Assembly: GCF_036588685.1 (NCBI RefSeq)
Contig: NC_086382.1
Location: 25,048,001-25,112,000 of the forward strand
Length of the DNA: 64,000 bases
Reading direction: 5' to 3'
From: Mytilus trossulus
Lineage: Eukaryota
Shown: piece by piece, positions 12,811 to 27,100 of the stretch
How the letters are laid out: each line of letters begins with the position of its first letter
How positions within the stretch are numbered: the stretch's first letter is position 1
Notes under the pieces: model-generated
What the model saw: only the letters and a program-made list of their open reading frames with translations
Told to the model about the DNA's origin: nothing
The model's database searches: none
Made by a program: the position numbers and the translations under genes

Positions 12811-14256
12811 AGCTTTTCACAAAGCCACACTAATGAAATATTCTTAATCTACGAACCGATTGCATGCTTTTCTCTCTTGTGACATATTTAAAGGACTTGA
12901 CTCTCGTAGAGGGAAACACTTACGTTCGATGGAGAGCATATACATTTAAACTAATCATCTCGCTTAAATTTTGTGCTGATGAAATTCCTTCCACAAAAAT
13001 TGTTGTTAGGTTTATTCCAATCTGATAAACAAGTTCAAAACATCGTTTAACAACTAATATAATACATTGCTTGGTGTTTATGAATATTTATTTAACAATA
13101 GTCAGGAGGCAGGTTAGAAAACTGTTTAAATGTATACCTTTATGTCGAAAACAAAGATATCAATGTACTTAAAATGTATGGCATTAGACTTAAAAAATTG
13201 TTAATTTAAAATAAGACATTTCCCCAACTATTTGGAAAATAATGATTAAAGCTTGTTGAAATATTCATTTAATCACTTGGCTATAGAATGATAGTATCAA
13301 AAATTAAAGATATAGTAATGTGTATACACAACAATAGCAAACAAATAGGTTTAAACAAAATAGATCACAATCTCCTGCATATTGTTAAACTACAGATATA
13401 TCCATAACTGGTGGGACATGTGGGATTATATAATCCAAATGAGATATCATGTCTTGTACAGATTAAAACATTAAACTCAACGCTGAGATGGACACATTTG
13501 AATTCAAATGTGCGTAACGTATCAAAACGCAATAATTATTCAAAGATTTTAATTATCTGTGTATCAACCGAATCTAGTGTTTAATCTTCAAAGTCGTAGT
13601 ATTGATGTATATATATTCTTAAAGGGGCACTAGGTATGAGATATATAAAAAAAAAAAAAAAAAATATTATGTTTTTTGCTCAATCATTAATGAATTGCAA
13701 ATAGTGAAATAATAATTCGATTTAAGCAGCCAGTATGGTTCAATTTCGACAAAATAGCTTAAAAACTTTGATTGTCAATTATTCACTTGCAAGTGAGTTG
13801 ACAAATCAATAGATATGAAACTATTGACATAAAGAGAGGTTTACTCTAGAATGTTTGTATGTATTGCACTAACTGAAAATTTGTCTCGTTAATTGATATT
13901 GATGAAATTCATTCTGGCGGATTGGCCAATAGTTTGCGGCCGAGCTGGACAAGAAAGTACCATACTTCTTCCACACTTTCTTGTAAGAGATCTTAAAAAT
14001 TGCAGTATATATGTAATATATACACAGATCATATTCCCCTTCTTTTGTGTATTTATTTCGGATATACAATGTATCGTATATAATTCCATGAGTTTGAAAC
14101 GTTATTTTTATTAAAATTATACATTGGACCAATATGATACCATTATGAACGCCATGGAAATAATCAAAAGTATAATTATACGTTAACAAGTTTGAGCTTT
14201 CTAAAAATCTATGGACTGTTTCGCTCTATCATAATTGTAGGTAATATGTGTACACA

Positions 14257-14460
14257 AAATTGAGAATGGAAATGAAGAATGTGTCAAAGAGACAACAACC
14301 CGACCAAAGACGAAAACAACAGCAGGAGGTCACCAACAGGTCTTCAATGTAGCGAGAAATTCCCGCACCCGGAGGCGTCCTTCAGCTGGCCCCTAAACAA
14401 ATATATACTAGTTCATTGATAATGAACGCCATGCTAATTTCCAAATTGTACACAAGAAAC
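14257..14460 (+). repeat. Dispersed SINE-like repeat, same family as 5058
   Basis: High identity to 5058..5260. Confidence 0.85.
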
Positions 14461-16099
14461 ATGACTTCATGTGGTTGTTTATTTAGTATTTGGTATTTTT
14501 AGAAATTGATTGATGTAAAGGGATTTACTGTAAGAGTGTGCGTTATTAACTCATGCTTTAAAATTTTGTGCACTTTTATTGTTAAAAATTTAAGCATTTA
14601 CAATAAACACAACCCTGAAGGTTTGCCTCTCTGGAGGTGTTCATAGAATGGTAAAAGTAATAAAATAAAGATAATGTGTTTTTGTAAACAATGTGTAGGA
14701 AAATTGTTTAGCAAAACAAATGGTGCATATTGGAGATTAACAAAGCAAAACAAACACCTAATTATAATTATTACTTTAAAATTGCATAATAAAACAAATA
14801 TGAATTAACGAAAGCTGACCGGAACTGAAATACACATTGTAAATTTCCGGCATTTAGACAAATAAAGTCTGTATTTTTTTTATTGCATTAAGCTAATAGC
14901 TGTTGCTGTCTCAGTCGCATTATAAAGCAACCAATCGGAATATATATATAAGTGATCAGTAATTATTTCAAAATGGCGTGTATGTCGACTGAAACTAATA
15001 GCTCCGCATCGTGATGCAAAGCAAACACTTTCTCACGAATATATCTTAAACATGTTAGATATCAGTTTCTATTCATTACATTTGATATGGCAAACAAGAA
15101 ATAATTAATTATTTGTAAATCTGTTCTCTGATAACATTAAAAAATTTAAAGGGACTTTTCTTAAGACTTTCTTTAACATTGTTATCTAGTTTTTACGGGG
15201 TTCAATGTTTATCAGTTTTATCTTGTTACTGTGAAGAGTAAAAATTATTTTGTTTTAAATTGTAATTGAGTTTGTTTGTGTTCCTCGATACCTTTTCTCC
15301 TGGTATATACTTTGGTTTGTTTATGCCATCATTAATCATAGCGTGAAAATTTAAAATGTTGTATAATCCGTATCCTTTCATTTCATTTTTTGTTTTTCCA
15401 TAATTGTCTTAATATAAAATCAAAGAGGAAATCGTAATTTCCCTTATACAAAAACAAGGAGATGTGGTAGGATAGCTAATGAGACAATTAGCCAACATAG
15501 TCCATATAATGTGGTGTAAAGTTCCATGATATCACTGTACAACCGTCAAGATAATGAGCGAAACTTATTCCGTAAAACCAGCTGCAAAAGTCACTGACAT
15601 GACACAATTTGAAACAAATAAGGGACATAGTACGACAGTTTCGATCCCATGATGATATGTTTACCTTAGCAATCCAAAAATGTAATAAAACGTATAACTT
15701 TATGTCAAAATTTTATCCATTACTCAAGATGTCGGTTTTTGTGACATATCTATCCTTTGAATAAACACACCAAACTTTGTTTATTTTATTTCAACAGATA
15801 AACAGAAGCGGATTTTTTACAACCTTTATGAAAATCCTCTTCACATGAAAAAAACTCTGACTTACACCAGTTCTTTGGAAATATTTTTTTTACAAGTGTC
15901 CGGATTTAAAAAAAAAAGGCATTTTTTGCAATAAATTTTATTTAAAAACAATTTCAATGTTGACCTATTCATAAAAATAAGCAAGAAAATAATCTTCATA
16001 CGTAATCAAACCTACTACCATTAAAAACCAATTGTTCAGAGAAGATTTGAAGGTCCTTCCACCAAAAACCATGTATTTTAATATGAAAGTTGTAAAATT

Positions 16100-17320
16100 A
16101 AGTTTAGAATGTCATTTTAATCGTCAAATGATAGCTTATTGTACGCTGATTCCAAAAATATATGGTTTCTATACAATATTTTTTTAATAATGGAGATAAT
16201 TTGTTACTTCCGGTTTGAAAAATGTTACTTCCGATAATATTTGAATATCTACTTGACACTGATTCCAAAAATATCTGGTATTATATACTTTTATATTTCT
16301 AAAGTACAAAAAAAACTACTTCTGGTTTACACAAGGTCACTTCCTTTTTTTTCAAGGTGAAATGGTTTGATATCTTTTGCCAAAAGTCTCATGGCTATAT
16401 AATGTATACATATGAGGTAAAAGCAAAGGTCAAAGTCTAGAACAACAAATTAAGCTATGACCTTGAGATTAATTCCAAGGTCATAAACCAAGGTTCTCAA
16501 TTGTATTTGGTTAATGAGTTATATCCCCATACGCGTATTTTTAAATATCAGAGTGGAGAAAACTCCTTTTACGTTCAACATACCCTTGCAATCAAAATTT
16601 ACGTGTTACGACATGTCGCAACTAACAATTTAGTGAAAATAATTTGTTGATATTTTATATGGTTTTTGGGAATAAGTGAAAATAAGCCAAATTCAAAAGT
16701 TAGAATATGACCTTGACCTTTGACCTTGACTTTTTTTTCTTTTTTTTGGACCAAGGACCTCAAATCAAAAGATCCTAGGTCTCTTTTACATATGGTTTAC
16801 AAGATAGAAATACATATCACTTAAATCAAATGCATAAGGGGAAATTACTCTCATATGGAGCGTTCATATTGCTACGGTCAAAATGGGACAAATCATGCGG
16901 AGAATATAACGAGCAATTTCGTAAATAAATTTGTCGTAATATTTTACGGTTGCGAAGGAGTAGTGGACACTAGGAAAACAGTGTTTGGTGAGATAACTCC
17001 TACAAAGAAATGTATTCGGTTACGCAGGGTTAATTTCAAAGCGAATAAACTGTTCGATATTATATACCAAATATCTGACATATTGCGAAACAAATATTTC
17101 TGGTAAGAACAAAATTAGTCGGGAAAAAAATAAATCAGAAGAAAAACAATAGGTCTTTCCATAGAAAAGTGGAAAGGCCTAATAATCAGAAGAAAAACAA
17201 TAGGTCTTTCCACAGAAAAGTGGAAAGACCTAATAATAATCAGAACAAATACAATAGGTCTTTCCACAGAAAAGTGGAAAGACCTAAAAATCAGAAGAAA
17301 AACAATAGGTCTTTTCACAG
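16100..17320 (-). mobile_element. Helentron-associated (HINE/DINE-like) non-autonomous element; left boundary approximate
   Basis: TGACCTTGACCTTTGACCTTGA motifs and a terminal tandem array of stem-loops. Confidence 0.4.
17133..17320. repeat. Tandem array of ~51-54-bp units, each with hairpin AGGTCTTTCCAC-AGAAAA-GTGGAAAGACCT (3.5 copies)
   Basis: Directly visible; explains the repetitive ORF 17115..17318. Confidence 0.88.
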
Positions 17321-18949
17321 ATATTTCACAGTTTGACGATATTTTCCGTTAGCAACGTCATTGCCTCCCTTGTAATTGTATCGTATGACCTTAGACGACA
17401 AAAAGGGCTTGCTGTTTGATTCACTAATTAACGAAAACTAAATACGACATGTACCAACCAAAGAAAAGTACTTATAATAATTGGTAAGCCATGCTTTTTA
17501 GCGTTCAACCCTTGCTGACATTGGTGTAACAGTAAAACATTACACTTGTTTACCAGGGCGAAATATTAAATGGGTTAACTAATTTGAATTATTTTGAAAT
17601 TTTAAACGCATAATTCAATGATCAAAACATTGTGTAATTAGCTATAGTTCCCAAATCAAAATGAATGGCTATTTTACCGTTAAGAACATCATTTCCTTGA
17701 AATCTAAATGTTGTATTTTTATTTAGAACAACACAACGATGTGTTGCATTTTACTTCTTTGTGTGGAAGAAGGAATAACCAGCTATTGTTCCTTATTGCT
17801 TATTACTAGTCTCTTCTATAAGATTGTGTTTAGAACATTTGATCTAATCAAAATGTTCGATTTGTTACTAAAAAGTAAAATCACAAAAATACTGAACTCA
17901 GAGGAAAATCAATTTTGGAAAGTCCATAATCGCATGGCAAAATCAAAAAACAAAACGCATCAAAAACGAATGGACAAGAACTGTCATATTCCTGACTTGG
18001 TACAGGCATTTTCAAATGTAGAAAATGGTGGATTAAACCTGGTTCTATAGCGCTAACCCTAATAATACAGTTCTAAGAGATAAATTAATATATTGAGCAG
18101 GATCTGCTTACCCTTCCTGAACACCTTGGATCACCCCCAGTTTTGGTTTGGTTCGTGTTGTTCAGTCTTTTTTGTTGTGTTTTGTATAATTTTGTTTATC
18201 TGTTTGCCTGTCTGGTTTTTTTAATTCCTTTTTAGTTGTATTTTTTTTGTTTGACATGCAAGAAGAGCCAAGAAAATATCTTTTAAACGATTCATAAAAA
18301 AATAGTTCTTATAGTTATCAAAGGTACCAGGGTTATAATTCAATACGCCATACGGCTACGGTAATCTATGCCTGGGATAAGAACATTCTTAGCTTTTCTT
18401 AGCTTTTCGAAAAATTCAAAGTTTTGTAATAAGGACATTTACAAAAATGACCATATAATTGATATTCGTCTCAAAATGAGCTGACTACTGTGCTGGTGAT
18501 ACCCTCGGGAACGAAATAAAGACAACAGCAGTATACCGATGTTCAAAACTCATAAATCGATAGAAAAAAAAATCAAATGCGGGTCACAACCGAGGGAAAC
18601 GCGTTAAGTATAAGATGAAAATGACGACACAACATTTAAATGTAACACCCACAGAAACGAACTAAGTATTAAACAAAACTTGATGAGAATAACAAATATA
18701 ACATCAAAACTAACTACATGAATTTGGGATAGAAAAGTACCGTGACGCGTCTTATAATAATGTAAATTTACGCTCAAATATAAGAGGAACGAAACGTCCA
18801 CCAGCATTGTCATCGACCGACTATCATAATGTTGTAGTTGCATATCTTTAGTTTGATTTTATAAGTCTAGAAATATATAAACTGTAATATGTTTTCGTAT
18901 TGCTTTCAAAGTACTATAAGGGAGGCAAAGGATTCCAATGGATTATTAC

Positions 18950-20100
18950 AACTGGTAAAGTCGAAAATTTTATTGATAACGATATGGCTTTACAATTCGT
19001 AAATATGAAGAAAAGAATCTTTGGTTATATATCTTAATTATTATTGCAACTCTCTTTTACAGCAGTATACTACTGTTGTCTTTTTTAAAGGGAATAATGA
19101 TAGAAAATACAAGCCCTTAAAAAACGTAGAAACCAGGAGATATATCATCTGTATATTGTTGCTACATAGAAATTGAACATTCACAATTGGGAAATTTATG
19201 TATGAAATCAGCCGCATCTTTATAAAGATACAAGTCGGCAAACAAGTTGAACTTTCAGGTTACATGGGAATGCCGATTGGGTGTTGAAATACTACTTCCC
19301 TCTTACGTAAGAAGTCTTTTTTTTTTATCAAAATATCAAGAATCATGAGCATGTCAGTTTAAGAAAGTTTTACGACTTATCTCTCCCTAACACTAACATT
19401 TGTTATTTATATAAAGTGAAGAAATTCCAACATTTCTAATACTGTTGTAAGATTGAAGAGTCTTAGATTGTATGTACCCTTAACATTCTCTTTCAGTAAC
19501 CACATCTGATTCACGCCACATTTAGAAAGGTGGTTTCACAATATGTTTGAAGCCGAGATTTGATAACTGATAAATTAAAAGTTGATAATTTCAAAAGTAG
19601 TTTCGTGGATCACTTTGAAGAACCTGCAAAATAAATTTGTTTGTAATGACACTTATGAAGTTAAGGTATCCAAAACAGTAAAGGAAGACCAACTTCGTCA
19701 TCTTAAGTAGAAATTCCAAAGGGACATAGAACAAACCTATGCTTTTCTGGAATTCCCTCCTTAGTAAGTAACTATTTGCAAAAACGATGTTGCATTGGGA
19801 TTTATCTGCGGGGACAACAATGCAACATGTTTGGAGGTAAGAGAATCTGCATCTTCTTCCTCGAGTTCAATTGTCTGGCTCAATCATTGAATGAGTGCAT
19901 CAGTATTTTGAAGTTCAGTTTCACATTGATTTATTGATCTCGGTATTTTAGGCCTTCAGATAAAACATTACGCAGATTTGTTATTGCCTATGTTAAGATC
20001 ACCAGTAATTTTGTGACCAGATAATTTAAGAATTGGGAACTAGCACAGATGCAATTAGTATGGTTAGACTTAAAGTTTTCAATATCAAAATTATTCAACA
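18950..20100 (-). mobile_element. Heavily deleted Penelope-like retroelement relic
   Basis: Minus-strand motifs in order: GHKITGDLNI..LRNVLSEG, IVVPADK..NIVF, FQHPIGIPM..LFADL, NFPIVN..FLCSN. Confidence 0.7.
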
Positions 20101-20131
20101 CATTTATAAAATTTATTATTTAAGTCGCAAC

Positions 20132-20291
20132 ACACCTTATCGCTAATCCCGGCTGACCCGGTAGCTTGAACTTTTGACGCATACAACAATCACTTTTCCC
20201 TTGTGGCGTTAGATATTTTGTTTTATGACGTCAAAATTTTACGGGAACCTGTGTGATATTCAGTAAAGGTGGACAAATAGCGATAAGGTGT
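20132..20291. mobile_element. 160-bp MITE
   Basis: Perfect 14-bp TIR ACACCTTATCGCTA / TAGCGATAAGGTGT. Confidence 0.75.
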
Positions 20292-21164
20292 ATTGGTTTG
20301 GTATATGTATGACATTTATAAGATATAAAAGATACAGGCTGATAATCAAAATATGCAGGTATTTTTTAGAGAACATATTACTGATAATTATTGCCCAGGT
20401 TGATTGCATTTAGACCTTTGTTGGCGAAGCTAAGTTTTAGAAAGTTTGTTTATAATTTTGTCTTTTTCAACGCGAACTGGTTTGGATAGTCTGTAACTTG
20501 CAAAGCCGAGACAGTAGTCTAGACTTCAAATGGGTTTATGAGGGGGTATCAGTGAATGATGTTTTGAAAGGGGTAACAAATAAAGGTCCGTGTAATGAAA
20601 ACCTAACTTCTTTTGTATGACCATGATTGCGCAGAGAATTAAAATATAAATCTTTGATAATTTATGCGAGTATACTTACTAATTCTCCCAAAGTGATGTA
20701 TTATGCTACAGTCCGTTACGAGATAAAGCTTAACAGAGATGCTAATACGCTAAAACGTAACTTATCTTTATATATGCCCATGTTAAATATAATAAATGGC
20801 CACATTAAAATAAAACAAAAAAAAGTCACAATTTACTACTTGAACTCAATTACAATTCTCTTTTAACATTACATTTTAAGAACTTGTTGTGTCCATTTTA
20901 TCAATCAGTAAACATAATTAAAGAATGTTCTGTCCTGTATCAAAACATTTTTCGATTATTTCTTCTATAGATTTAAGATTTGTGCGATCTTAAAACCGGT
21001 GATCAATTTGTTAATTTTAGATATTTTAAAATTCAAAAGCTTACATATATGAAAACAAGGAGTTGGGAAATGAATGCCAAAGAAACAACAACCTATCTGA
21101 TACTTCTATAGTATAACTATATGTGAAATACTAGTAAGTTTCAGTATTAAACTTTTTTTTTCAG

Positions 21165-24100
21165 ATTCTCAATCAAAAACAGAATGTACGCTGAAGTTTA
21201 AACAACCGAGACATGGTCAAAGGAACTTACATAAAACTGCCAAGTTACTAACAATAACATTCAGTTTAGACAACGCGACAGGGATACCACATTCTGTTAT
21301 TGAAGATAGCGATTTGTTTCAACCGTTACAATGGAAACGTGTCTCAGGAACTCATGGTAACGGGCTTCTGCAATTAATACCAATCTACGAAATGCTTTCG
21401 CTATCACTTCTTAGCTATGAAACTGAAGATTCGTTCATTGATTTACAATCTAAACCTACAGGTTGTATTACTAACCTGACAGATTTGGAATACGAAATGG
21501 TTTTTCGGCAGTTTTTGTTGAATTTTACAAAAGAATACGAGGAAATTTGTAACGAACATATAGAAAATATATCTGGAGAAGCAGAATTTTATTATGAATG
21601 TTGTCATTATGATTATAACGGGAAAATGCAGTGTAACCGTGTTTTGAAAAATAAATGGATGAGGGCTATACATTATTGCTCTTATATAGTGATTGCAATT
21701 GTGTCGTTGTATTGCCCCTTGTTGATTCCGCCGTCTTTGTATAATCCAAATTTTGGTCCGAAACAGTTTGTTCATTGTCTTAAAGACCATTGCACTTTTA
21801 CTGTAAGTATAACCCAAACAAACTGTTGGAAAGAAATATGTAAAAGATTTAATAGACTAATGAATATTGACAAAAAGTATGTACCATACTATAAATTTGA
21901 AAGTATGACCAAGTTTATAAAAAAAGTTAAAAACATGGACGCTGAAAAGGGGCATCAATTCAAATTGTTACAGGTGTATTTCAATGTCGATCCTTCCGAA
22001 ATTGTTGCCGAAAATGAAGTGCCGATAAGCCTAATTAGCGCATTACGTGATCTTTTGTTTGGATGCGGTATGGAAAATGATGAAGGTGTGAGAAATGGTA
22101 GTCAAACAAGCGAGGTGGAAAATGAGGAAAACCAGACATCTTGTTGCAACAAATTTGAAACAAAAATACAGACAGCATGTTGTCAAAACAGTAAGATGAA
22201 ACATCACGAAGGTGTGAAAGCATGTTGCCAAGCAAATATATTTGGTGCATGTGTTTACATTAATTACCCGTGGTACAAGTTATGGGGCTTTCTACTTTGA
22301 TTCGTTTTTGCAGTAGCTATATGCCTACCTTGGATCATACGTGTTTGTATATTTTATGTTTACGAATATGATATACGAGAATCAAGACACAAAGCAGCAG
22401 AAAGAAGAAACTTTCCTTTGCGTATAGAAAACAATTTAACCTATTACGGAACACCAATTCATGTTGTATTCATCTTGTCATATGCTCTGATGTGCTTTGG
22501 CTACTTATTTTTAGAACTAACCAGTGTAATTCTGTTCAAGAATATTACAAGTTTACTTCGGAAAATTCTAACAGAAATTTTTAGCGGTATGTGTAATCGG
22601 TCCAAGGGGAAAGTTATTCGGTGGTCCATTAAAGTATTGTTGAAACCCTTCACTGCATGTGGAATGTTTGGAGTAGTATTTGCAGTACCGTTCTGGATAT
22701 TAGCAGTACCTTTTACTTTCACCGTATCTGCATACTATTTATTTCCAACATTTTATATCACTATTAACTTTTTATGGGTATTTGTAAATATTTTTCGAAC
22801 GTGCAATTTGAAATCGGATAAAAGTTCCAAAAAAAAAGTGGATAAACACTGTTATTATAGATTTTTCAGTTTTCAAGATATCTGTTCTGACAATAGAGAG
22901 ACCACAACGTCTCACGAAGCAACAGATAATGTTGACCAAGACGAGACCATAACGTCTCACGAAGCAACAGATAATGTTGACCAAGACGAGAATACAACGT
23001 CTCATGAAGCAACAGATAATGTTGACCAAAACGAGATTACAGCGTATCATAGAGAAATAGATAATGTTGACCATGACGAGATTACAGCGTCTCATGGAGA
23101 AACAGATAATGTTGACCAAGACGAGAATACAGCATCTCATGGAGAAACAGATAATGTTGACCAACAAGAGACGAAACCAAATTTAAAATTATACGAAATT
23201 GTATTGATGTTTTTTTTACTTTGTATGATGTTGTCATCTGTGCTGCTGACATTTGAATTTGTTATATTTTTTATGAAAGTAGCGACATATACAATGGTTG
23301 GACTAATTTTAAATTCATCACATGCCATGCAGTACATATCGACCATTTCTTTAGCATGGTTGTATTACAATAGATGTTTTGGTGGAATTAGTCAGATTTA
23401 TAAGAACTTTAATAAAGCTGTTCAAACCATTCTATATAGGGTGAACGAACTTCGAGCGGACGAAATAACAAAACAAGAAATGAAAGACCATAAAAACAAA
23501 GCATTAAAAGTTAGCAATAAAAGTATGTCCAGAACAGAGAGGAGCATCGGTACTTATGATAGAGATCCTAAATTCAAGACAAAAGGCGTAGTTTTATTGT
23601 TTGATAAATTTCATAAACAATATACAACGAAACAGTTCTTCTTCAACATTTGTAAAAATATACCAGATGGACCTGGACCATACAGTAAACACTATGGTAT
23701 AGCTCTGAAACAATTTTGCGTAATTTTCTTATTCTTATTATTCGTGACGCTCGTTGTAATAGCTTTTGGTGATTCCTACAGCGTATCTTTTTCAAATCAG
23801 CTGTTTGCAACTCTGGCCGGCGGAGTTGTGCCCTGGATTCTTATGAAAACTAATATATTATTCTCACAAGATGACCCGCCTGACGTAGATGAAATTTGTG
23901 AAAGATATTTTCACAAACAGAAAAATAGTGAAAGTGATTCAGAAGGATTGTTTAATATGTTTAAGAAGACTTTTGACAACGAAATTGAAAAAGACAGCAA
24001 ATGGTGGATCATAGGTGATATGGATGTGGCCGATGAATTGACTTTGGACGTAGAACCATCTAAGGCTGATTTACTTATATGGAAAGGGAGAGAATCAACG

Positions 24101-24178
24101 TGTACGAAAAAAAAAACAGTTGAGAATCCGACAGAAATTAAAGACGAAGATGAAGGGCTGATAAAAAAAGACCAATAG
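21165..24178 (+). pseudogene. Paralogue B exon 2: uncharacterised ~9-10-TM membrane protein (1026 aa if intact); single in-frame TGA at 22298-22300
   Basis: T-run/CAG acceptor, with G|AT giving DSQSKTEC. ORFs 21314..22300 and 22418..24178 share one frame, and the gap translates to FVFAVAICLPWIIRV, homologous to paralogue C. Confidence 0.85.
22898..23167 (+). repeat. Coding minisatellite, 6 x 45 bp (15-aa acidic Thr/His unit)
   Basis: ETTTSHEATDNVDQD-like x6, in frame; absent from paralogue C. Confidence 0.93.
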
Positions 24179-27100
24179 CTGATAATTTTCAGTTACTAGT
24201 AGTTACAATCACCAACTTTCGAAAATAATATGATCGTAACTGCAATATTTATCAAGAATTTATTTTTTTTATAAAATTACTTTTGTTAAAAGGGAAAACA
24301 TAAACAACTGAACCCCTATTGTCAGATGCACGCGTCGCTATACTAAGCGCTATACTCTCATAGGCTTTTTTCCTTTTCTTTTGTTTGAAAGAACTACTGG
24401 ATTGGTGACATGTTGGTCCAGTTCTTTTGAAATAGGTAAAATGTGTACGGCAATATTGTTAATTCTACCATGACGTCTGCAACTGATTTAGTTCACTTCT
24501 CGATATTTTTGGAATGGGTGTTGCTTATATTTAGTTTGACTTCCTTTGTTGTGTGCCCAAAATAAGAAGCCTTGTGAGCTGTACTGAATGAGAGTTATCA
24601 TACAAATTGTACCTGCAAGCGCAAAACGACGAGTTCGATTTATAAAGCTGGATCTCCTTACCCTTTCAGAGCACCTGTTGTCACCCGGTTTTATGTTTGG
24701 TTTTAATTGATACGTCTCTAGGTTTATTTATGTGTGGTGTTCTGTAATTTGTTTGGTGTTTCGTTCTTTTTCTGCTTTTGTGTATCCCATGGCGTTGTTA
24801 GATTTGTCTTCGCCTTTTTAGTTTGAAGATCCATTTTGTATAGTTAGTCTTCTTTATTTGCTCCTATAAATATATTACGATGTTTCTCTCTTTCGTAGAA
24901 TTTTTTTGGGGGAAAATATTTGATAGTCTCTGTTTTAATTTACAAGTTATCTCTATTTTGGACGATTTAAAGTTTGACATATCTCACAGTTATATATCTA
25001 TTAATATTGAAAACTGTATGTAAATAAAAGGTGTTTTATTCACCATCTAGTGATTGTGATGCATGTTGTTTGGTGTGTTTTCGGCTTGCCATTTCATTGA
25101 CGTACTTAAGTATTTTCTACTTCTCCTTTAGCTTGCATTCGTTCATGTGTTTATGTTTACATCGGAAATATGTTTGGTTACATATTTATGTTCGTAACTG
25201 GATTTGCTTATGATGCCCAAATCTTCAGATTACACTGCATAACTAAAAGACAATGTGGGGTGTGTGTCAATGAGACAGTTACTAAATGAGACATGCACAA
25301 CTACAATGTAATAACTAAAAATACATAGTGTCAAATGATTTTTTTTTATCTCAAATTAAAAATATTGTTCAGTGACGCTTTTGTTGGAAGCCATCAGTAG
25401 TAATAACATGTACCTGTTAAATAATGGAGTTTTGTATTATCTGCACACTGACAGTGTTATACTGATTGCAATGTGTAAGATTATGAATAGACAATAGGAT
25501 TTTATATACATTGGTATCGTTATACATATATAAGTTATGAGCCACAATGTCATCGTAATTGGCGATTGACCTTGACAGAAATGTTAACGATATCTATACA
25601 CAGAAAACTCGTTAACCTGTTAATTGCTGTTTAATTTATGTTCACCTTCCGTATACAATTTTACGCATGGCAGAAGCAAGCTGTATGAACCCTTACCTCA
25701 GACATTGTGAAGTCGCTATAAGTTTTGCTTGATATCAAAAGATGTGACATGAGAATCACCTAGCGACTGAATTTTAGAATGGTGTTGTTTGTATGAACTT
25801 TATATATTTGTGTATGTATATTGTTATGTTTTTGGCAAAACATTTTTTTAGACCTAGTGTGTTGTACCCTATTAATTCTACATTGTATATATCGACTGTA
25901 CATGCAATTTTTAATTAAAATTTAATTGAATCGAGTTACTTTTCTAAGTCACGTATTTCTACAAACTAACCTAGATTAACCAAGCGAACAGTAGTGGGTA
26001 CGAATTTGCCGTTGAGTACACAAAGAATGATGCCACTTCTGTTATTACAAATTGTAAAATGGATCAAGACAAATACAACGATAATTAAAATATTTGGAAA
26101 GGACGAGTTCATACATTTATTGATGTAAGGATATACTGTATATCTGGTACTGGTGGTTAATAAGCAGAAACCGGAATATTTTAGTGAGTCCGTCTACATT
26201 GCAATCTTAATATACCACTAATTCAAACAATTAAACTTGATTCAAATGCCTGTTTCCTTTAAATATACATTTAAATTAGGGATACTGGCTGTCTGTTACA
26301 AACTAGCAAGCATTTTAAAAGAATGTTTACAGTTGAAAGTCTATGAATAAATAACTGAACTAAAAAAGCAAATCATGACATATTAAAGGTGTCCCTGTTT
26401 TTGAGATATAATTAATGGAAAATTTGGAGGGCAGTAATATTGTTGTTGAAAAGTAGATCACAGACTGTTGATGTATGGAATTCTCTTCTTTCATTTTTTT
26501 CTACTTATTGATGTCTAATAGTTTGATTTTACTATTCTAACTTGTATAGATATAAGGAGATGTGGTATCAGTGCCAATGAGACAACTCTCCATCCTATTC
26601 ATAATGTGTAAAAAGTAAACAATTATACATAGATCAAAGGAGCCTTGATTCTCACTGAGTACCAAACAATAAAGGGCCAGAAAACAACCCAAACAGGAAA
26701 ACCAACAGTCTAATCTATAAACAAAACGAGAAACGTTTATGAAGCACATCAACAAACGACCACCACTGAACAGGCTCTTGGCAGGTGCATATAAATGCAG
26801 CGGGTTTAAGTGTTTCAACAGAACAGGTGCAAACCTTCTCCCTAAAATGAAACATTTGTTTAAAGTCCCGGTCAAGTCCCACTAGATCACGATCGCAACC
26901 CGCTCACCGCGATCTTAAATAAATTCAGATCATGGTAAGGTCATATATCCGCGATATGAGCGGAATGAAAATGTAAAATTTCGTTACTTTCACGATGCTA
27001 CTACGTCCTCATTGCTCTTCTGATCCCGCTAGGATTATACTACGTTCTCACCACGCTTATTCTGCGACCTCAGTACGCTTATCAAGATATTTCTACGCTC

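Noticed and set aside
17115-17318. Repetitive 67-aa ORF or CRISPR-like array
   Set aside because: It is a translation of a tandem hairpin repeat; there are no unique spacers or cas genes, and the context is eukaryotic
22298-22300. Selenocysteine or programmed readthrough at the in-frame TGA
   Set aside because: The aligned residue in paralogue C is His, not Cys; the context TGA-TTC is not the TGA-CTA readthrough motif; no SECIS was recognised
22772-23167. 131-aa Cys-rich minus-strand ORF
   Set aside because: Antisense shadow of the coding minisatellite
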